Source of the DNA: Ancylonema sp.
Lineage: Eukaryota
Direction: 5' to 3'
Assembly (NCBI GenBank): GCA_050230475.1
Contig: JBFLGF010000063.1
Coordinates: 62,001-98,627 of the forward strand
DNA length: 36,627 bases
In this document: one piece after another, positions 11,392-20,815 of the stretch
How the letters are laid out: each line of letters starts with the position of its first letter
Position numbering within the stretch: position 1 is the stretch's first letter
Notes under the pieces: model-generated
Told to the model about the DNA's origin: nothing
What the model saw: only the letters and a program-made list of their open reading frames with translations
The model's database searches: none
Program-made: the position numbers and the translations under genes

Positions 11392-14300
11392 TCAGTATAA
11401 CCGTCCAAAACCTAGACTTTTGCTGTGTCTGTCCAGTAAAACTTGGGGAAGAGCTTTAGTTAGCATATCTGCTGGTTGATTGGCGCCTGCAAGATACATA
11501 TTTGAGTCTCCCCGTGCTGTTGTGGCATTCCCGTACCCAGTATACCACATTAAGGTTTGCTTTCTGTCTTTGCACAGCTGGATCATGGAGAGGAGGTTGA
11601 GTGTGGATTGTTGGTGTGGGAATTTGAGTTCTTTCAAGAGAGACTTTAGATAACAGCATTCTTTAGACACACTACAGGCAGCTACTCAGCCTCAGCAGTC
11701 TCCAACAGTTGACTGTTTCTGTGACTTCCAACTCAGTGCTGTCCCCCCAACCGTGGTTACCCATCCCCTGTGACTACTCACTTCCATGTCATGCTACAAC
11801 TGTTCCATGATGCATCGCAGTAACCCTTTACTTCAAATATGTCCTTTCCCACAAACGTCAGAGTCCGTGGTTGACAGTCCCTTTAATAAGGTATCTGAAT
11901 AGTTGATGTAATGCCCTTATGTGTGCGACCCCAGGATTTCCCATGTGTTTAGCCACCAGTACCCAAGTGCATACCCGATGTCCAGTCTGGTTTGTTTCGG
12001 CGTATATGAGAGATCCCACTTTCCCTCGAAAGACTCGAAAGTCTGTTATTTCTTCAGGGAGTGGGAAGAGTTGGTTCATCATTCTGTGTAAATTGAGTTC
12101 CAGGGGCGAGGGGGAGTTTGGTTGGATTACACTCATGCAGCCCATAGCGTTCGAGCACTCCCCTTAAGAAACCTGACTGTCCCAGTGTGAGCAGTCTTAT
12201 CTGTCTATCCCTCTACACTTCCACCCCCAGGATATGGGTTAGGGGACCCAGATCCTTGACTTTGAACTTTTTACCCATATCTTCTTTTTTGACGACCATT
12301 GCGTTAGGACCTGTGATCACCTTATCATCTACATGTATGCCCAGTATGATTCTGCTGTCTGCTTCCCCCCTCATATATATACATTGTGTCCATTACGCAT
12401 TGTTTAATCCCTTCAAGATATCATAAATTTTCTGAACATCTCTTGCCACACGTGGCCTACTCTGTTTTAGACCGTATAAAGCCCCCTTCAGTCGTAAGAC
12501 CTTTCCCTCAGCTCAGCCCTCAGCAACCCCATTGATATACATACGTGGTGGTATTTTCATGTAAACTTCTTCTTCCAGACGTCCATGCAGGAACGTTGTG
12601 ATTACGTACATCTGTTCCAGTTCCCAGTCATATTGGTTTGCTATAGAGAGGAGTAGCGTGATAGATGTACTGTCGATTACTGGTGCAAATACTTCATTAT
12701 TCAATACCCTTGTAAGAATCCCTGTGCGACCAGTCTGACTTTATATCTTTCAATATCCCCTTGAGGTGTTGTTTTGACCTTAAAAACATATCTGCACCCC
12801 ACAGCCTTTTTACCTGGAGGAAGCACACACACCTCAAAGGTGTTGAACGTCTCGAGGGCAGCGAGCTCGTCCACAATGGCCCTGTCCCACTGGTCCCAGT
12901 CTGGCCTCATCATCGCATGGTTGAGGGTGAGTGGCTCGGAGGAGTTGCTGTTATGCTACGCATGCGTAGCCCGGATCCACAGGACCGTTGAAGCCAGTGT
13001 AGAAACAGCTGGGCTCCCACTCAGTCGCTGAGTAGTTGGCGTGTGCTGCGTCATCAAACTCCTCCCCATCACATCACATGAGATCCCCATACTCGGCAAA
13101 ATTGGCTCGCCTTCTAGCCATCACCCGATCAGCTACGCTGCCAGGCTCCCCCACTTCTGGGTTCGCACCCCCTCCTTGCACCTCCTCCTCCCCTGCATCT
13201 CCACCTCCTGCGTTGTTGATCCCTGACTGGCCGTCGGACAGCAAATCGTGGCGTTAGGGACCTCAGCAGCTTGTGGCGGAAGTTGTCGTGCGGATAGTCG
13301 ATGGCAGCTGCTGGCTCAGGGACTGCTGCTTCTGCTGGGGTGCTGGGTGGCTGCAGAACTGCTGGCATCGGTTGCAAAACTGCTGCTGCTGGCATGGACT
13401 GCTGCTGCTGGCACCACTGCTTGCTGCTGCTGGCATGTTGGGGTGGACTGCTGCTGCTGGCACAACTGCTGCAGCTGGTTCATCTTCAGGGTCGGGGAAA
13501 AGGTATAAAAAGTGTTTATCTGCTGCCTCCTGAATCTGGGGAGCTCTCCCCCCCATCAGCATCGGGTACCCCGGCACCTCCTCAAAGAACCTCACGTCCA
13601 TGAGTGATATCACCCCAGCTCTATGGGGATCGAAAACATTGTACAGCCATCCCCAGAAACACACCAAAGCAAGTGAGGGGCAAACTTGTCCGACTGTTCT
13701 TTTCCCCCCCACCTTCAGATATTGGACCAGACACCCGAAATTATGACTTTTAACTGTCATGTTCTTTCCCTCCCAGACCTCAATTGGAATTTTCCCAGAA
13801 CAGCGACTTAGTGGGTGTTCTGTTCCTTAACCAGTTTGCATGTAATAATGCCACATCCCAATACGACTTCGGTAGACCTGACCAGATTAATATTCGTGTT
13901 CTATTCAGTCTGCATTTTTCTTTCACAGATTCCGTTTTGTTCAGGACTATATGCTTCTGTGGTTTGCTTGTCAAGACCCTTCCCCCCACAGTAGTTTATC
14001 CAGTCCTGAGACATATATTCCCCTCCCTTCTCTGTCCGTATAGACTATAGGGGCAGACCTGACTGGACCTCGAGCAATTGTATAGTGACTCTTGCTCGGT
14101 TCAGTGCCTCATCCTTTGTTCTGACAAATGAGAGACGTGTGGATACCTCAATCCCTGTCTGAGCATATGTAAATCCTCCGTTAGCTGACCTGAGACAGAC
14201 AGTGGTCCAATGAGATCCAGGTGGATGCGAGACCCATCTTGTGGGGCATGTCCCCAGAGATCCTCACTGACCTTAGCATGACTGAGCTGAGAATCATCTT

Positions 14301-16088
14301 CCCCTGACAACAAAAACCTGACATCCCTTTACTTCAGTTAATTCTCCGTGACTTAACTCTGGGATTTCACCACGTCTGACAAAATCTGACATCACATCAG
14401 AACTGGGGTGACCCAGTTTGTGATGCCAGACCATGCCTGTGGACAAATTTGTTGTTGTATCATGAGATCCAGGCATGACGATTGTGGCAGCAAGCAAAGT
14501 CAGACCACTAGGCTGCTGGCAGCACATCAGCCCATTTCACATTTCCCTTGTTTAATCTGGACCCGTGGGCAGCTGTAGAAAGCTCAGCCCACCTCTTTTG
14601 ACGAGGCACGATGTCGACACGGGGTGCAGGCAAAGGTTGGGACGTGGATCGTGAGCTGAGTGGCTGCACACAGAAAGCGTCGCCATTCCTCACTCGGATG
14701 TGCACGAAAACCAGTGCCCTCCACCTTGGTGTGACGAGCCCGTCACCAGTGGTGATGAAGGCCTGCTGCGTGCTCAGGGGTAGGTGTGTACTCCACAAAA
14801 ATGTTCACGTGCCGTGAAAATGTGGTCGGTAGGCACCTGAATGGATCAGGGAGTCTGGGGAGTGAGAACCAGCAGACAATGCCCGGGCAACCTCGAACGA
14901 GAAAGCACCGAAAGCTAACTAATCCACATTAGCGTTGAAAGGTTTGTCAGCAAAGCGAGCAAGTCTAGCTTGTGCATCAGCCCTCCTAGCACTGGGTTCA
15001 TTAGAGCCATGTCAGATGGATGTTCTTTTTCTACAATGTTCAATTGTGTGACCGACAATGTTGCAATATCTGCACTTCTGCCTCCCCCCTGAACTTCCCT
15101 GAGTAGCGTGCGCAACATTTCCAGCTGCTGGTGATGGCGCAGGGCACTGAGCACTCGGTGGCCTGCCTGGTGGCACCTGTGACATTTCCATAGGCCCCGC
15201 ATGGCCTCCGCCAGATGCTGGTGAAGGGCAGTTCGCTCTGATGTGCCCGAATTTGTGGCAGCCGAAGCATTCGACGCCTGCGGCGTCTCTGCGACCAGCT
15301 CCAGTCGCACCACCAGATCTGCTGCTACCTCCTGCTCCATTTCCCCCCCCAGGTCCACCATAATGCGCTTGGTGACCTCCTGGCAGCGCCCCCCTTTTAC
15401 GCTCATTCAGCCTCTTCCGCACGTCGTCTCGCAGCAGCGCACTCACGATGTGTGGGATCGTGAAGAGGTGTGGCGACGACTCGGACCATGGCATCAGCGT
15501 TGAGACCATTGGGTTGTAATGCGTGTTTAACGAGTTCAGCAGGTTGATCGCCTGCTTCGTCGGAGATACTGGCGCCCCCAGATTTTTCAGATCCTGATGC
15601 AGCTGCTGCAGACGCTTGACGTACACGTTGAGGTCCTCCGCCTCTGTCTGAATGATCGCGCTCAGCAGTGCTTCTGTATTTGCGATCTCGATCGCACCCT
15701 GCACCTAGTAGAATGTCCTCAGGGCATCCCACATTCCGGCAGCTGTCGTGCAGTCCGTGACGTGCGTCTCCGGACCTAGGTGCTTCACACTGTACGACAT
15801 AGCAGCCAGATTGTCTTCATCCCATTTTTTCTCCAGCTCCAGCAGCTGCTTGGAAATTTGCTGCTGTCTGACCAATATTTCGACATCCACGTCAATCCCC
15901 CTGGCGGCAAATTGCAGCTCGTTGTCAGGTGTCAATGGAAGGATAACGTCTGGGCGACACTTCGGCAAGCTGTCCCAATCCATCACCAAACGATGCAGTT
16001 TCTTGTCCGCCAGCCCATACTTGACCTTGAAGGCCCATCCTGTATAATCAGCTCCAGTAAATTGAGGGATTTGCGACCTATCCGACAT
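11392..16088 (-). pseudogene. Disrupted gag-pol of element B
   Basis: Gag MSDRSQIPQFTGADYTGWAFKV...MWDALR with an in-frame TAG at 15705-15707. CCHC knuckles CFGCHKFGHIRANC and CRYCNIVGHTIEHC. Integrase WHHKLGH, IHLDLIGP, SGLPKSYW...NRTPT. RT RYKVRLVAQGF, LHGRLEEEVYM, IHVDD. RNase H QPADMLTKAL. Many frameshifts. Confidence 0.92.
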
Positions 16089-16332
16089 TATGGCAGCTAT
16101 TGTGTAGGATATTACAATATTTCTCGCTTAGCTCGAGTTCTCAGTGCAATTCCTGCACTGCAGCACTCAGCTCAAAAACTTGCAGCGCAATGTCAAAATT
16201 ACGTGCAGACCTTAACAACTACGAATATATTTGCGCTCACTGGCAGAAGATACCGTTCTCAGAGATTACCGCAGCGAAATCGCGTGGAGCCTTTAGTTTT
16301 TAACCAACACGGCGTCTGAACTAGACCGCACG

Positions 16333-16345
16333 TGGGCCCATAACC
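16333..16345 (-). promoter_or_regulatory. Primer-binding site of element B (internal/half tRNA-iMet type)
   Basis: GGTTATGGGCCCA directly after the 5' LTR, lacking the 5'-TGG that pairs with tRNA CCA. Same motif as the Drosophila copia PBS. Confidence 0.85.
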
Positions 16346-16816
16346 TATAAGCTTTTGAGTGATTAGACGTGCCGGAATAATTAGGTGGGCGACAAAACGA
16401 ACCGTACGCAAAAGGATCTCTATCACTGATGATCAACGAGACAGGAGTTGCGTGTGTGGAACGAATTATAATTGTGATTGCATCGGGGATGGTAATACCC
16501 GATGCGCTTTACAGAATGTTGTGTGCCGACGGTCGGCACAATTGACCGTCGGCCTATCATTGACTGACAGCTCTTCTACATTGTCAACGGCACATGCCCC
16601 GGACATTTCTGACACGACTCTAAACAAGCCAAAATCACGACGCTTCAAACAAATAACGTCTCTCTAAGCGTCGGAAACATGTCAGGTGCCCGGGCACAAA
16701 CTTGCCCGGCCCCGCATACAGGCACATAATCTAGAATATTGCTCCCCCGGTTAGAGTAACACCGGTTACAACTGGACTAGCACGCATAACATATGGCTAT
16801 CCAAAATATTCTAACA
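16346..16816 (-). repeat. 5' LTR of Copia element B (471 bp)
   Basis: Direct repeat of 10230-10687; adjacent to the PBS. Confidence 0.92.
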
Positions 16817-18415
16817 TGCATGCCCAAGTCTTGTGTGCAGGAGGTTGATTTCGACAGCAGCTACAACAGCTTCCCCTTCCGTAAGTTGTTGATGTCGAAC
16901 CGGTGTGCATATTAGAGTTTTTCGACCTGTGAATGTTTCTTGCAGAGTGCAGACTTGTTGTCCAGATTTGTTGTAAACTCGAATGATGCCACCAGCTTTT
17001 CCACTGCAAGTGTAAGACCACCTTGCTTCTCTGGCTTTCTAACCTCTGAAAAAATTAATGCGCATCCCAGGAATGTACAAACATTTATTGAGTGTTACTC
17101 CTCCACACTCTCCCTCAGTATTCAGTTCCCCACTGCTTCACTCGCACACTTCCGACCAGATGATGCATGATGACCTCGTGTGGAATGTCTTCGAGGATTT
17201 TGAAAAGTTTTTTCTGCCCACAGGAATGGTGAATCTTTGTCCGCATCATCATTGAAAAGGAAATCTTTCTCTGCATCATCATTATCTGCAACATTTTCCT
17301 TCACAGATTTCAGCGATGAATGATAGCTTCTGCATGACCACAGCTCCTCTTCCCCTCATCGATTTCGCCAACGAAAGCTGTTTTTCTCCCAGTGCGTACC
17401 CCCTTTCTCTGCATTCGTGGAGTTTCGTTTTTCTTGTCGAAACATAACATGTGAATTCCACATGACCAATGGCTCCACAATATCTGCATTCTTCGTTTTT
17501 CTTGGAGCAGTCTCTGCTGTAGTGACCTGTCTCTCCACAAGTACAGCAGGAATGTCCTCTACTTGATCCACTGCCTCCACCTCTGCCTCCACGACCACCT
17601 CTGATTCCACGATTATCTGCTGAATACCCACTGAATGTACCCCTGCCTCCACGATTGTCGATACCACCACCTCTGTCTTGGCTTGATTTTTTTTGTTGCG
17701 CTGACCACTTAGCATAGTTTGCCTCTAGTGCCTCAGCATCTTTGACATCTCCTCAACATCTTTGACATCTTTTTCTTTCTTGTCTTCCCATCTGCCCCCA
17801 GATCCAGTTGATCCCAGGTGCCTCTTTCTGCCCATAATACAGCTTCTTCAACATGCCGTATTTTGTTCTTGACATGCGGGCAAACAATGCCATCACCTGA
17901 TCTTCTGCGTTGACTGGAAATTTTTGATGTACACACTCTCTGATGAGCGACAAAAAAGCATTCTTGATTTCTCTGACTGGCATCTTTTCATCGATCTTGA
18001 AAGAGTTCAGCTTTTCTTTTGCAATCTGTCGTAGTTCTGGAGACACCTTGTCATACTCTTCTGTCAGATAGTCCCACATCGCCTTTGGATCTCGTTCAAA
18101 TTGTTCAAGTGATGTAGCGATGTCGTCACTGACAAATTGCACATGAGTAGCACGACTGCCTTTTTTGATCTTTTGCGAGCATCTGACATCAAGTGTATAC
18201 TGCTCCATTTCTGCTTCATTTGTTGGCCAGTGTTCATCATCGTATCTGGCTGTAACCTCAGTTGGAATAGTCTTTGTTTCTTTGCAAATCTCAAGGCACT
18301 CAGCATCATCAAGAGTAGCTGAGGCCTTAGATCTCCATGCTTGAAAGGTAACTTTATCTCCATCCAGAATGCAGTACCGTGCTCTGATACCACTGTGAGA
18401 ACTTTCTTCTGCCAT
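16817..18415 (-). pseudogene. Frameshifted gag, protease and pre-integrase of element A
   Basis: MAEESSHSGIRARYCILDGDKVTFQAWRSK...PKAMWDYL (Copia gag). Knuckles CTCGETGHYSRDC and CRYCGAIGHVEFTC. Protease region TLNKCLYIPGMRIN. Ends at LLHTRLGHA at the B insertion. Confidence 0.88.
18381..18392 (-). promoter_or_regulatory. Primer-binding site of element A (3' end of tRNA-iMet)
   Basis: TGGTATCAGAGC one base inside the 5' LTR boundary; the canonical plant iMet PBS. Confidence 0.92.
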
Positions 18416-18808
18416 CGATGCAAGAATAAAGTTCACTTTTTCTTAATCTCTTTGAATCAAGCAGATCACGTCATTACAAACGTTGACACAATAAAAGTGC
18501 AAGTTTGAAGTAGAAAGTATTGATTGAGGAATTCAGCATGCAAGCTCAGACCTAGTACAGTCGATTGTTGCCTGGTCAAAGAATCTACTGCTATCGAAAC
18601 TACTTCGTCAACTGCCATCATATCTAAGCATTCTGCCATCAACTAGTTCTTATAGACACTTGTGCCAGATGGCCAAGTAATCTTGAAACAAGGACATCGG
18701 CCTGCAGCCTCCCTGCAGCCTGCATTTTCTGAATATAACTAAAGCAAAATTCCCGGTAGTGCTAAAATCGATATAACGACAAAAGTTCACAGCCCCTAAA
18801 AACTAACA
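18394..18808 (-). repeat. 5' LTR of Copia element A (415 bp)
   Basis: Direct repeat of 6822-7243, followed by TSD CTGCC. Confidence 0.93.
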
Positions 18809-19255
18809 CTGCCTTCACTATTGGAAGATAAAAAAAACAAAAAAAAACGTGAAGCATGTTCTGGGTTTACTGAACATGAGCATCAAGTTGTCGAGAATAT
18901 GAATGCAAGTGAATTCACTATAGCCACACGTAGCCTAGCAAAGCAAAGTCATTGGGTCAGCGTGACGGTTCCACCTCTATAGTCCATCGTTTTTGCACCT
19001 CTTCCACTAGACTCTAGAGACTCTTAACAAAACTTGCCCAACTGAGTACTTTAATGTGTCGATGACAACGAGTTTAATGTATTGATGTGGTGACTCCACT
19101 TCACAAGGCAAAAAAATATTCAAAACCGATACGAAAAGTTGCACAAAGCAAAACATTGACAATCGATTTGGCCGCTACCGGACCACAATTGATATTGGGC
19201 AACTGGGGTCCAACAAGATTTGTATTTGGAGAAACAAACCGAATACATCGCATCT

Positions 19256-19383
19256 TTATCATGTTGACCCACTATGCCGGATTTCGGATGGCGTGATCCA
19301 CCCCCTAAAAATTAATTTTTTTAATTCGATCCGACCCGTCCTTTCCATAATTATATGCGGGTCATTATGTATGGCCAGTACGG
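19256..19383. mobile_element. Partial inverted copy of the 19614-19850 MITE family
   Basis: Reverse-complement similarity to 19614-19730, ending CGGGTCATTATGTATGGCCAGTACGG. Confidence 0.6.
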
Positions 19384-19613
19384 TGTGCAAAATCATGACA
19401 ACTCGCACAACTGGCACACGGAAACATGTGTATTTTCGTAGAGACCTAACAAAACCAAACGAGCAATGTTGTGTGTATGGACACATACGTAACCTTTGTG
19501 TGTATCATGTTGAGACTTGCGTCCATACTTGAATATTCAGTATTCGTATTCTAACTTTCTCCCCAAAGTACAAATCCCTTCTGCACATTTTGTTGCACAA
19601 GGGGCATAGCTTA

Positions 19614-19850
19614 CCGTAGTGGCCACACATAATGACCCGCAAATAATTATGAGAAGGGTGGGTCGGGTCAAATTAAATAATTCAATTTTTCAAAAAAGCG
19701 GGTCATTCTATAATGTGGGTCACCAGATAATAAATAATTTTCAGGATTTTTAGAAATTTTATATTGGGTGCGCGGGTTGGGTCAAGTGGTGGTTTCTTAG
19801 CTAAATTAATTCGTTTCTTAAACCCGGGTCATTATGTATGGCCACTACGG
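19614..19850. mobile_element. Tc1/mariner-pogo-type MITE (CCGTA termini)
   Basis: 26-bp TIR CCGTAGTGGCCA(C/T)ACATAATGACCCG with 25/26 identity. TA on the left flank, TG on the right. Confidence 0.7.
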
Positions 19851-20815
19851 TGTAGGAGCCACGATTCGGCCAAACATTTGCAGTTCTGATTCAATGACGT
19901 TGAACCATGCGTGTACATCTTGTGCGTTATGCGACCCGCAAATTCTCGGTGTTGGTTGTAGGCGGTACAACGAGCTCCATTACCGTGCCACGATGACAAA
20001 CAATGTATCATCTTCGTAGCAATCACTTGCATGCCACAAATAAAGGTCTACGCGGATACAAATAAAGAGAAGCACTAGTATAGGGCTCAAACCCGTCGAA
20101 CCGAAAGATACATAGATATTTCATGACGAGTCACGAAATAGCCGTTGACTGTTGGTCCAGAAATCTACGACTATAATTGATAGTTTAAGTGGCACGTACG
20201 GACAACCTCTACACATATGTGTCAACTAGGCTTAGGCAAATCGTGAATAAATATATGTTCGTCATTTGTACCATAATCCAGGCCCCCACTCCTGGTTCAA
20301 ATGGCGGACACGATCTCTGAATTGCATTTGAAAATCAATTTGTTTCTTGTGAGAAACGCCACACGGATATCTTTGAAGCTGGGTCGGAACTAGATTACTT
20401 TAGAACGGACCATCAACAAATTATGGCTCCAAAAAGCTATGCTCTAATCGTGGCTCCCTACTGAACGAGATGTGGGTTTGAGCTCGGAAAATAATCCATT
20501 GAATGACCCACAAACCACATAGCTCCTTCAAAAGGCAATGAAATTTGGTAATGCAAGGATGCGCATTGCTAAACGATTGGAACAACCTACTAGTGAGCTG
20601 ATCTCGCGAGAAGTCCCTTTAACTAAAATATACAGCATGCGAGAGGCACATGTCTAAGAAGCATGTGGAGTCAAGGCACCGCAATGCCCCACGCATACTG
20701 GTTGCACAGGCCAATAAAAGACAGATTTTGTGACATACCTAGAGCATATTTTGACTCTGTCCGATAACCTCATTGACTTGTTGCCCCGAACGTGCGTTCA
20801 CCTACATGCACTACC

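Larger units (their letters stand above)
10230..16816 (-). mobile_element. Ty1/Copia LTR retrotransposon B (nested; half-tRNA-primed, Osser/copia hemivirus-like), degenerate
   Basis: Paired LTRs at 10230-10687 and 16346-16816. PBS GGTTATGGGCCCA abuts the 5' LTR; PPT GAGTGGGTG. Has its own gag-pol. Splits the host element's pre-integrase motif (LLHTRLGHA | NERVLKNV). Confidence 0.93.
6822..18808 (-). mobile_element. Ty1/Copia LTR retrotransposon A (outer element), degenerate, interrupted by element B
   Basis: Paired LTRs with TG...CA ends. Perfect 5-bp TSD CTGCC (6817-6821 and 18809-18813). iMet PBS and PPT present. Domain order gag-protease-integrase-RT-RNaseH on the minus strand. Confidence 0.95.

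Noticed and set aside
15705..15707. In-frame TAG in element B gag as programmed readthrough
   Set aside because: It falls mid-capsid rather than at a gag/pol boundary, in an element full of other lesions; a simple nonsense change is more likely.
20083..20485. GCTCAAACCC / GGGTTTGAGC inverted pair as MITE ends
   Set aside because: Only ~10 bp match with no target-site duplication; could be chance.
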